This document shows positions 16,584 to 25,014 of a stretch of 35,839 bases of DNA, in pieces. How positions within the stretch are numbered: the first letter of the stretch is position 1; each line of letters opens with the position of its first letter. Source of the DNA: Candidatus Hodarchaeota archaeon (GTDB lineage Archaea; Asgardarchaeota; Heimdallarchaeia; Hodarchaeales; Hodarchaeaceae); NCBI GenBank assembly GCA_016839815.1, contig JAEOTM010000071.1, positions 1-35,839 on the forward strand, written 5' to 3'. A model generated the notes under the pieces. It had not been told where the DNA came from. It saw only the letters and a program-made list of their open reading frames with translations, and searched no databases. A program made the position numbers and the translations under genes.

Positions 16584-17306
16584 ATGAGAATGTCAAACGA
16601 ACCAAATTTGTCTGATAATATCTTATTAAAGGACTACATCGATGGAAGTTCTGGTTTAGTCGATTATCAGAAACTAAAGAATGATGATTGGTTACATAAC
16701 AAATTAGAGGTATGGGAACAGGCTGATCTTTCAGGCTACTCCAAAAACGAAGAATTTGCGTTCTGGTTAAATGCCTATAATTTATTTACGTTAAAAGGGG
16801 TTCTCTATGAATTAGAAAAGAACCCTTACTGGAAAGGGAATACTTCACTATATACCAAATTTAAGTTCTTTGTTAGACGTAAATTCATCATTGCAGGGAG
16901 GAAGATCAATTTACGGAATTTAGAGAATAAGATTTTACGTAAACGCTTCCAAGATCCTCGTCTACATTTTGCTATAAATTGCGCAAGCTATAGCTGTCCG
17001 TTCTTACCTGGACGCTTATTTCAAGCAGAGACATTAGAAGAGTACTTGAACCAATTAACAAGTAATTTTATTAATAATCCACAGAATATCAGGTTTAATG
17101 TGGAGAAACAAGTTGTAAAAGTAAGTATGATTTTCAAATGGTACCAAAAGGATTTTACAACGAGTGGGGGAGTTCTAACGTTTATTGAGAATCATCACAA
17201 GACATCACCATCTGGGATCAAGAAATATAAAGTTGAATATTTTAAATACAACTGGGCATTAAACGATCAGTCACCCAAGAAAAGCAAATTATCATTGAAC
17301 ATATGA
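16584..17306 (+). CDS. DUF547 domain protein
   Basis: VDYxxL, AFWLNAYN, LENKILR, DPRLHFAINCASYSCP, SMIFKWYxxDF and YNWALN motifs. Confidence 0.9.
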   Translation: MRMSNEPNLSDNILLKDYIDGSSGLVDYQKLKNDDWLHNKLEVWEQADLSGYSKNEEFAFWLNAYNLFTLKGVLYELEKNPYWKGNTSLYTKFKFFVRRKFIIAGRKINLRNLENKILRKRFQDPRLHFAINCASYSCPFLPGRLFQAETLEEYLNQLTSNFINNPQNIRFNVEKQVVKVSMIFKWYQKDFTTSGGVLTFIENHHKTSPSGIKKYKVEYFKYNWALNDQSPKKSKLSLNI

Positions 17307-17318
17307 AAGAAGTATTGC

Positions 17319-17362
17319 AAAAAGAAAAAGAGGATTAACAAGAAAATTTGGAATTAATCCTC
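17319..17362 (-). terminator. Hairpin plus U-tract terminator of the padR-hsp20 operon
   Basis: Perfect 9-bp inverted repeat GAGGATTAA (17330-17338) / TTAATCCTC (17354-17362), followed on the minus strand by TTTTTCTTTTT. Confidence 0.55.
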
Positions 17363-17893
17363 GGTAGAAGTAACATTGATATCCACTGCTGGATCTAAAG
17401 CATCGATACCGAAAAAAGTCAGTTTTAGAATACCTGTTTTATATTCTGCATCGATTTTATCAGGATTGATCGGAAAAGATAGACGGATCTTCTCTGTAAC
17501 CTTTTCACCATAGAGTTTTTGAAATTCATGGAGATAATTGCTTTCAATTAAGACTGCTTTTTTCTTTGCTTTGACTGAAAGAGTTGATTTATCAATACCA
17601 GGGAGGGTTAAGAACATAATCCGATTTCATTCATCCTTAAGAACTTGGACAGTTACGCATTTCTTCATTTTATGCATCTTATGTAAATCAGATCCAGAAC
17701 CTGTTTTTTTAATAATCATGTGGCGTTGACCTTGTTCACAACAATCATCATCTACAGCCATATGCATACTTTTGTGTTTCCCACCTGGGAATCTGAATTT
17801 TTTCACAATTTTCTTATGAGGACCACCTGCTATCTCATCAAGATCAATATTAATATCAATGTCCTCTTCAATATGTTTTTCGTGTTCATCCAT
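17354..17893 (-). CDS. Small heat-shock protein (Hsp20/alpha-crystallin) interrupted by one in-frame TGA at 17627-17629 (readthrough, recent nonsense mutation or sequence error)
   Basis: The two track ORFs (17627-17893 and 17354-17617) are in the same frame: ...VTVQVLKDE-TGA-NRIMFLTLPGIDK...; LPG, AEYKTGILKL and the C-terminal I-x-V motif are alpha-crystallin features. Confidence 0.75.
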
Positions 17894-17900
17894 ATTTAAT

Positions 17901-18374
17901 TCACCGAATCTTTACATCTTTCCATCCAGAATTCCCAGATTGAGTATCTTTCTTTACTTGTTCAAATACTAGTTTAGATTGATCAAAGAATTCAAGTAGC
18001 CTTAGTAGGAAGTCTGCTCGTAACTCGGGAAAGTTATCTTCAAGATTTTCCTGAAATAGGGCAACAAATTCAAAGAATGTTTTGATATTATCTAATAACT
18101 CTGAAACTAAGTGAGGTAACCGTGTTTCTCCTTCTGAAGAGAGCCAAACGCGCATTGGGCGTCCATCTGTCTTTATTAAGTATTTTTTGTTTACTAATTG
18201 ATTAACAGCTGGATAGATCGACCCACGTTTTGGGATCCACACATCCTCAAAATCTTCGGAGAGAATTTCGATAATTTCTCCCAGAGTATACTTTTTTTCA
18301 AGATTGTCTGCAAGAGTCGATAGAATAAGCAGTTGTAACATCGAATTTCGATCTTCAGACATCCAACCAATCAT
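17901..18374 (-). CDS. PadR-family winged-helix transcriptional regulator
   Basis: LLILSTL...WIPKRGSIYPAVNQLVNKKYL PadR signature; ATG 18374 follows SD GGGTGA (track start 18416); 7 nt upstream of hsp20. Confidence 0.85.
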   Translation of the reverse strand: MIGWMSEDRNSMLQLLILSTLADNLEKKYTLGEIIEILSEDFEDVWIPKRGSIYPAVNQLVNKKYLIKTDGRPMRVWLSSEGETRLPHLVSELLDNIKTFFEFVALFQENLEDNFPELRADFLLRLLEFFDQSKLVFEQVKKDTQSGNSGWKDVKIR

Positions 18375-18398
18375 AGAATCACCCTGAATGGAAAAGAT

Positions 18399-18428
18399 AC
18401 TACCCCTCATAAACATTGAGGGGGTAGT
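18399..18428 (-). promoter_or_regulatory. Strong GC-rich hairpin in the predicted padR-hsp20 5' leader
   Basis: ACTACCCCTCA / TGAGGGGGTAGT (11 bp, one bulged base), about 25 nt downstream of a minus-strand TTTATATA box. Confidence 0.5.
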
Positions 18429-18473
18429 TCTAATTTTATATTTATCAGATATCTTATATAAATTTTATGACTA

Positions 18474-18489
18474 TTTCGTATATACGAAA
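18474..18489. promoter_or_regulatory. Perfect 16-bp palindrome TTTCGTATATACGAAA; candidate PadR operator
   Basis: Exact self-complementary 16-mer in the divergent padR/MBL intergenic region. Confidence 0.5.
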
Positions 18490-18711
18490 AGTAATTTAAT
18501 CTATTTTTTATAATAAAAAAAAAATAAATTTAAATATTTTTGAATTTGGAGACGATAAAACTAATATTTATAAAATTCAAAGCTAAAATGGGGTTGAATT
18601 TCAGTGTTATCGTTTTTTATCTTAATACGAAATGAATTCTCTACTTTTGAGAAATTAACGATTACTATTATGAATCTAATAAGCAAGCACCTCTATGAGC
18701 AGGTTTATCCA

Positions 18712-19626
18712 ATGGAGCTCCGAGAAATTACAGAGAATGTTTGGTATATCCCAAATGTAGTCAATCTTGGTATTATCAGGGATACCGATGCTTCAGTTAT
18801 TTTAATTGATACAGGAATTGATTCTGGTGTTGGAAAAAAGATCAAAAAACTTCTAGACCAAGAGAATCTTCACTTAAAATATATAATTAATACTCATTCT
18901 CATGCGGATCATTGTGGGGGAAATAAATACTTACAAGAATCAACTGGAGCACAAATTTTTGCACCAGAAGTTGAAGAAGCAATTATTCAACATCCTTACA
19001 TGGAACCCTGGTATTTATTTTCGGGTGCTGCTCCAATTAAAGATCTTCAAAATAAATTCTTAATGGCAAAATCATCTTCGGTTGATCAAGTTATCAAAAA
19101 TAAGGATAAAACTTTACAATTTGAAGAAGCAGAATTAAACATTCTTTCTTTACCAGGCCATGCGTTAAATCAAATAGGAATAGAATATAAATCCGTGTGC
19201 TTTTGTGCCGATAGTATTTTTTCGGAGGAAGTATTAGCAAAACACAAAGTCCCATTTTTTATTGATATTGAAAAGTCATTAGAAACCCTAAACTACTTAC
19301 TTTCCACAAATTTTTCATTCTATGTTCCTGCACATGCTACTCCGAGCTCGAAGATATCAAATGTTATTCAGGAAAATATTAAATGTCTAAAAACAGTTGA
19401 AAATCTAATATATGAGACCTTAACGAAACCTAAAACAACTGAACAGTTATTAAGAGATGTAGCAAATCACTTTGGAATATTATTAACACGAGTAAATCAA
19501 TATTTTCTCTTAAAAACTCCAATTCAAGCTTATCTCAGCTATTTAAGGAACCAGAATAAAATAGATATCAATCTGTCGTCAAATGAGCTGTTGTGGTATA
19601 GAGACGCTAAGGAAATCAAGAATTAA
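18712..19626 (+). CDS. Metallo-beta-lactamase-fold hydrolase with C-terminal wHTH-like region
   Basis: LIDTG, THSHADHCGG, LPGH, ADS and PAH metal ligands; ATG 18712 after CAGGT (track start 18604). Confidence 0.9.
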   Translation: MELREITENVWYIPNVVNLGIIRDTDASVILIDTGIDSGVGKKIKKLLDQENLHLKYIINTHSHADHCGGNKYLQESTGAQIFAPEVEEAIIQHPYMEPWYLFSGAAPIKDLQNKFLMAKSSSVDQVIKNKDKTLQFEEAELNILSLPGHALNQIGIEYKSVCFCADSIFSEEVLAKHKVPFFIDIEKSLETLNYLLSTNFSFYVPAHATPSSKISNVIQENIKCLKTVENLIYETLTKPKTTEQLLRDVANHFGILLTRVNQYFLLKTPIQAYLSYLRNQNKIDINLSSNELLWYRDAKEIKN

Positions 19627-19655
19627 GAACATGATAAGTTGGAGTGTAAAACCAG

Positions 19656-20129
19656 ATGAGTGAGCTCAATTTAGAATATGAAACTAAACTTAAGGAATAT
19701 GTCAACACGAATAAAATTAAAGCAGAGCATTTAGTGTATGAAGAATCGTTACATACAGTAGCAGATGCTATACGAGTCTCTGGAATAGGAATAGAATTGA
19801 TCGCGAAAACGATTGTGATGGTAGGTCAGAACGGAGAAACTATTGTAGCATTCATACCTGGAAAAACACGAGCTAGCACAAAAAGAGTGGGAAAAATTTT
19901 GAATCAAGATCCTCCAAAAATTGCCTCTGCAGAGGAAGCACTAGAGACAACTGGTTATCCAATTGGTGGAACTCCTTTCATTGGTTATCCTGCAATACGA
20001 CTTGTAGACAAAAAGATACTAGAAGTTGAAGCCGTTTACTCGGGTGGAGGTTCTGATAGATCATTACTAAAATTTTGGACAAGCGAGATTCAAAAGTTTG
20101 ATGTCATCATTGGCCGAGTACGTAAATAA
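19656..20129 (+). CDS. YbaK/ProXp-family aminoacyl-tRNA deacylase (trans-editing)
   Basis: Conserved Lys in IAKTIV, TGYPIGGTPFIG and YSGGGS motifs. Confidence 0.88.
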   Translation: MSELNLEYETKLKEYVNTNKIKAEHLVYEESLHTVADAIRVSGIGIELIAKTIVMVGQNGETIVAFIPGKTRASTKRVGKILNQDPPKIASAEEALETTGYPIGGTPFIGYPAIRLVDKKILEVEAVYSGGGSDRSLLKFWTSEIQKFDVIIGRVRK

Positions 20130-20143
20130 GTGATTGGTTCGAT

Positions 20144-20890
20144 GTGTTACCCATGAACTTTGATCGATCGTCTCTAGAATTGGGTGTCCAGTTAATGTCT
20201 CCAATTATCCCCTCTATAGTTTTATTCGGCTTAATCTTTGGTTATACAGGAGGGAATGCGGATTTGCCAATCCTATTAGTATCCTCGACATCTTTTATTA
20301 TTTTTGCAGGGACTGCACAATTCTTTATTATCTTAGCAATTATTGAGAAGGATCCTCTAATTACCGTTGTACTGACTGCTATTGTTATAAATTTACGACA
20401 TCTGTTATATGGTGCGGCTTTGCATGATGATATCAAAGTTAAAGGATTTAAAAAACTTTTAGTATCCTATTTTCTTACTGATGAGGTTTTCATTGTCTCT
20501 TCTGAACTTAAAAAGAAATTTGCTAATAAAAACTTAGTATCGGACAACGTGGATTTTGAAGATACGCTCATTGGAGCTGGTTTTTTTGCCTGGTCAGTAT
20601 GGAACCTCTGCACAATTCTTGGCTATCTTTTTTCTGATTTCTTGGAGGATTTATTTGCAATATCCTCTGAATTCATTGTAGCAGGCACATTTCTGGGGTA
20701 TCTTGTGATTCGTTGGAAAGATTTTCCTTCTGATAGACTCTTTTTACTCGAAGTAATGATTATAGGGTTTTTCTTGAGTTTTTTGGTTCAAAGCAGTATC
20801 CTATTATTTGGTATCTTGGTAATTAGTGCAATAATTGCAATGGTTGAACAGTCCAGAGTCGACCTCAATGTTAGGAGTAGGGATGGATGA
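20144..20890 (+). CDS. azlC: AzlC-family branched-chain amino acid exporter subunit
   Basis: FAGTAQF, INLRHLLYG, LTDEVF and WSVWNLCTILG motifs. Confidence 0.9.
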   Translation: MLPMNFDRSSLELGVQLMSPIIPSIVLFGLIFGYTGGNADLPILLVSSTSFIIFAGTAQFFIILAIIEKDPLITVVLTAIVINLRHLLYGAALHDDIKVKGFKKLLVSYFLTDEVFIVSSELKKKFANKNLVSDNVDFEDTLIGAGFFAWSVWNLCTILGYLFSDFLEDLFAISSEFIVAGTFLGYLVIRWKDFPSDRLFLLEVMIIGFFLSFLVQSSILLFGILVISAIIAMVEQSRVDLNVRSRDG

Positions 20891-21225
20891 GTCTGGATAT
20901 TACTGAAATCACGGTTTATATCCCTGTGTTCCTCCTTATTGGATTAGCTACGTTTCTACTAAGAGCTGTATTCCTCTTTTCTTTACCAAGACTTATGGAG
21001 AATACGATTCTAAAAAAAGGATTAAGTAGTGTCTCTAGTTCACTTTTAGTGGCACTGGTTATTCCTTATACTTTCTTTATTGGAGGAATCTTCTCTCCAT
21101 GGCGTGTGGAAGTTCTAGTATTACTGCTTGTTATTCCCATAGTCTGGTTCAGTAAAAAGCCCGGTTTTAGTTTAATATTCGCTGTTCTAATATTCTTTGG
21201 AGTAGATATTCTGATCCCAAAATAA
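20887..21225 (+). CDS. azlD: AzlD-family exporter small subunit
   Basis: TFLLR motif, 4 TM, ATGA overlap with azlC. Confidence 0.8.
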   Translation: MSLDITEITVYIPVFLLIGLATFLLRAVFLFSLPRLMENTILKKGLSSVSSSLLVALVIPYTFFIGGIFSPWRVEVLVLLLVIPIVWFSKKPGFSLIFAVLIFFGVDILIPK

Positions 21226-21255
21226 AGAAGATAAGTACTTGTGGGGAAATTATTC

Positions 21256-22446
21256 ATGAAAGGAGATTTGCAGAAAGAAGAAGAAAGGAAATCGATTAAA
21301 TTTCTCTTCTTATCCGATACTCACTTCGGGGTGCATTATGCAGTAAAACCACGTAATATGTTAAGACACCAGTATGGTAAAAGTTTTTTTAATAAAGTAG
21401 AACAGATTTTTCAATCAAATATTAGGAAAAATAAGATCGATTTTATCTTACATGGAGGAGATTTTTTTAATCGATCGGAACCTTTTCCAGATGTAGTTAA
21501 GAAAGCCACATCATCATTGTTGTGGGCTGCGAAATATGTGCCGATTTATTTGATTCCAGGTAACCATGAGCGTAGTAAATTACCTATTGGATTGCTTGAA
21601 TACCACGAAAATATTCATATTTTCTCAAAACCTTGTTCGTATCTATTTGAGAAGGATGAATTCAGAGTTAAAATTGCTGGTTTTCCATATATTCGGCATC
21701 ATGCACAAAAAAAGATTAAACCCGTAGTATCCAAGGCGTGGAAAAACGAAATCACAAAATTTCGGACACATCCTCATTACAGTATTCTCTTGATGCACCA
21801 ATTAGTACAAGGTTCTAGAGTTGAACATTATACATTTAATCGAGGGCATAATGTAGTCAAAAGTAGAGATATTCCACCGTATTTCGATTTGGTTGCAACT
21901 GGTCATGTCCATAGATATCAATCTCTTTATGAAGATAATAAACGAATTGTTTCTTCACATACACAACATCGAATGTCACAGAATGTTCCAAGCAAAACAT
22001 GGTGCTTTATTAGCTCATCTAAACAGGAATCAAAGAGTTTTCCAAATCCAATGATTTGTTACTCTGGATCATGTGAACGAGTATCGATGATGGAGCGAAA
22101 CGAAGATAAGGGATATATTTATGGTAGGATAGATTTTAATGAGACCATTAACCATCAATCTCTGAAAATGGAATTAGAATTCATTCCTCAACCTTCCGTA
22201 ATAATGAAATATCTTAAATGGGACCTTACCATTAAACCTCTTGAACAATCTATGGATGAATTAAAATTCCTGATCCAGAAGTTATATACAAATCATTCTG
22301 ATTCCTCTCTTGCTGGAATCATCCATGTTTCAATTCAGAATCCTGAAAGTACACAGTTTTCAGAGATTTCTCCATTAGTTAACTATGCGAAGGAGAAAGG
22401 AGTACTTCTAACCTTTCGATGGAAAAAAAAGGAAAAAGAAAGTTAA
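21256..22446 (+). CDS. Mre11/SbcD-like metallophosphoesterase (putative nuclease)
   Basis: LSDTHFG, HGGDFF, PGNHE, LMHQ, TGHVH and YSGSxERxSxxExxxxKGY motifs; ATG 21256 after GTGGGG. Confidence 0.85.
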   Translation: MKGDLQKEEERKSIKFLFLSDTHFGVHYAVKPRNMLRHQYGKSFFNKVEQIFQSNIRKNKIDFILHGGDFFNRSEPFPDVVKKATSSLLWAAKYVPIYLIPGNHERSKLPIGLLEYHENIHIFSKPCSYLFEKDEFRVKIAGFPYIRHHAQKKIKPVVSKAWKNEITKFRTHPHYSILLMHQLVQGSRVEHYTFNRGHNVVKSRDIPPYFDLVATGHVHRYQSLYEDNKRIVSSHTQHRMSQNVPSKTWCFISSSKQESKSFPNPMICYSGSCERVSMMERNEDKGYIYGRIDFNETINHQSLKMELEFIPQPSVIMKYLKWDLTIKPLEQSMDELKFLIQKLYTNHSDSSLAGIIHVSIQNPESTQFSEISPLVNYAKEKGVLLTFRWKKKEKES

Positions 22447-22456
22447 AAATCCAGAA

Positions 22457-23596
22457 TTATAGGAGATCTGAGGGATCTACCTGACGATTCATGGCTTTTT
22501 GGGTCATCCATTCACGAAAGTCGGAAGGTGGAATAGTTTTTTCCTCATCTGGTCGTTCAACAAGTGTTAATGCATCTTCAGGGCATACGATAGCACATAC
22601 ACCACAGCCTACACATTTCGTTGAATCAATCACAAGAAGATCGTCTGGAACGTCAAGTGCGTGGAATTGACACCGATCAACGCAAGTTTCACAGCCTACA
22701 CAAAGGCCCTCGTCGACAGACATAACAAAATTAGCATTAAGGAATGCTAGTGGTTGTTCGCGTTCTGTTAATCCTCTTAGTACTCCACAACAACAAGAGC
22801 AACAATTACAAATATAATAATGTCCTGTCTGAATATTCATTGAACAATGAATAAGTCCTTCCTCCTCGGCTGTTTTCAAATATTCTAACGCCTGTTCTTT
22901 GGTAATTGGATCTGTGAATTTACTATTGTCAAAAGCGTTCTCTTTTTCAGAAAAAGGAAGGCAGACTGTTTTATTCGTGGTTACTTTGCAGGGATCATTA
23001 ATCAGATCCTTTTGTAGCTTGCAAATACATTCTCTTACACCCCAGCTTCTTGCTTTTTGGATCATATCCTCTGCGGTTTCATAAGGATAGATTTCCAATT
23101 CAGGCTTAATCACACGATTAATCGGTACTACTCTAAAGATCGAAGGTTCAGTATCAAACATGTTATTGGGAAGAGCCTTTCTGAAATACTCCTCAATCAA
23201 CAAAGCAAACTCCTCATCCATTCTTTTCCATTGTTCTTCATATATTCCGACAGCAAAGGGCATTAAGCCATATTTTCTGCCAGTTCGGGTATCATAAACC
23301 GTGATTTGGCCTTTATCATGCATAATTTCAAGTTTTTCTTTAAGTCCCTCAATTGGAATATCCAATCGCTCTGCAAGCTCTTCTACTGTTTCTCCCCTTA
23401 ATTTCATTTTGCTGGTGAGTTCAGCTTCATCTTCAGTGTATATCCATTGTAGAACTCGTAAGTATGTATCATCAGAAGTTTTTGCATACCCATTTGGTAT
23501 CTTTTCAAGAGTTTCAGCAAGATCCTCATATGCTTGAGGAATTAAATCCTTTGCTTCAGTCATTTCATTAGCCATCCTATGTGCAAAATTATTCAT
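22457..23596 (-). CDS. Multi-[4Fe-4S] protein with N-terminal HTH-like region and C-terminal dicluster ferredoxin domain
   Basis: CICK...C...C, ICNCCSCCCGVL, and CVGCETCVDRC / CVGCGVCAIVCP ferredoxin motifs. The start may be a downstream Met (23563). Confidence 0.88.
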   Translation of the reverse strand: MNNFAHRMANEMTEAKDLIPQAYEDLAETLEKIPNGYAKTSDDTYLRVLQWIYTEDEAELTSKMKLRGETVEELAERLDIPIEGLKEKLEIMHDKGQITVYDTRTGRKYGLMPFAVGIYEEQWKRMDEEFALLIEEYFRKALPNNMFDTEPSIFRVVPINRVIKPELEIYPYETAEDMIQKARSWGVRECICKLQKDLINDPCKVTTNKTVCLPFSEKENAFDNSKFTDPITKEQALEYLKTAEEEGLIHCSMNIQTGHYYICNCCSCCCGVLRGLTEREQPLAFLNANFVMSVDEGLCVGCETCVDRCQFHALDVPDDLLVIDSTKCVGCGVCAIVCPEDALTLVERPDEEKTIPPSDFREWMTQKAMNRQVDPSDLL

Positions 23597-23629
23597 AATT
23601 AGTCTTTTTTATATGTTCTCCTCATTGAA

Positions 23630-24874
23630 TTATTGTGAATTTCTCTTTTTCTTCCGATATCTTAACCATGGAACAATTATACTCAATGTTATCACAGTAT
23701 AAACAACGCTCATATTAGAAGTAATAGTGGGTGTAGTGGTGGTAGATTCAGTATCAGGGATTTCTGATGTAGATGGAGCTTTCGTATTTGTAGTAGTAGT
23801 GGTTGGAGGGGGAGTCGTAATTATATACCAGGGATTGTCATCACTGACAAGAATATATCCTCCTATAATCTTCTCTCTGATATCTTGAATATGTTCCCAA
23901 CGGCTTTTAGTGACGCCATTTAAGGAGTACTGCCCTTCTTTGATGCCTTGAGTGTAAGTCATTGAACTAATTCCTACTCCATCTTCAATAAGACCCAAGT
24001 CGTGAATACCTGATCGCCAGGTACCATCCATCTTGGATTTTATTGCAGTAAAAACAGCTGTTTCAAATTTTTTTAACATAGAACAAAGAATTATTCCAGG
24101 ATACATGTAATCCTGATCTATATCTACCCCAATGGCGTATACTCCAGCGCTTTCGCTTGCTGCTTGGAAAATACCGTGATTTGAAAAACCTGCAGCAGGA
24201 TAAATAATATCAATACCTTGAGTGTAAAAATTTTCACCTATAACCTTAGCAGTGGGAGGATCATTCCAACAAGCAGGAGGAGGAACAGGCATATATGTTT
24301 TGGTAACATTGACTGCTGGATTAACGTACTTGGCTCCCTGTTCGTAACCATATCCAAATTTGTTGATTAGATAAAGGTCCATACCACCTAAAAAGCCAAT
24401 CTTGTCAGTTTGTGTCACCATTGCAGCCAGTGCTCCTACCAAAAACGATCCTTCATGTTCTTTGAAAGTAAAGACCTGCACATTCGGTACTTTAAGATAT
24501 TCATCAATAATCGCCCAATCTTGATCAGGATAATCTCTAGCTGATTCGTTTAATGCAGTTGCTTGTAAGAACCCTACACAGATAATCAATTCATAATAAC
24601 CAGTGTTGGCAAGATCATGTTGGAAAGTTGCAAATTCAGGAATAGTTTCTGGTTCTATATAATCGACATCAATAGAGCTACTATATTCTGTTATTGCAAG
24701 TTCGATTCCCCTATACGCAGCGTCATTAAAATAATTATCACCTAAACCCCCAGTCGCAAAGATTATAGCAAAGCGGGTGGCTTGAGTAGAACCAGTATGA
24801 GTTACTGCTTGTAAAGCTGGAATAAAAATAAGAGTCGTTATTATTGTAAGCAGAATTTTTATCTTTTTCTTCAT
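23630..24874 (-). CDS. BMP/PnrA-family (nucleoside-type) substrate-binding protein with C-terminal membrane anchor
   Basis: GGLGDxxFN, FKEHEGSFLVG, IGFLGG, AIGVDIDQ and SMLK motifs; signal peptide; Thr-rich linker + ITS + TM + basic tail. Confidence 0.92.
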   Translation of the reverse strand: MKKKIKILLTIITTLIFIPALQAVTHTGSTQATRFAIIFATGGLGDNYFNDAAYRGIELAITEYSSSIDVDYIEPETIPEFATFQHDLANTGYYELIICVGFLQATALNESARDYPDQDWAIIDEYLKVPNVQVFTFKEHEGSFLVGALAAMVTQTDKIGFLGGMDLYLINKFGYGYEQGAKYVNPAVNVTKTYMPVPPPACWNDPPTAKVIGENFYTQGIDIIYPAAGFSNHGIFQAASESAGVYAIGVDIDQDYMYPGIILCSMLKKFETAVFTAIKSKMDGTWRSGIHDLGLIEDGVGISSMTYTQGIKEGQYSLNGVTKSRWEHIQDIREKIIGGYILVSDDNPWYIITTPPPTTTTTNTKAPSTSEIPDTESTTTTPTITSNMSVVYTVITLSIIVPWLRYRKKKRNSQ

Positions 24875-25014
24875 TTTTCATAACCCTGAAAGGTAATTTG
24901 TGGAAAGAACAACTAATTGAAAAATTACCAGAAATATGGTGAGTCTGAGTTTAAAAAAATTGTGACCAAACCATCTGAAACGTTTTTTATCGAATATTAG
25001 TTAATTTATCCAGA

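Noticed and set aside
17307-17362. Hairpin after hsp20 as a SECIS element
   Set aside because: No AUGA/GA quartet or archaeal GAA/A internal loop; with the following U-tract it fits a terminator better.
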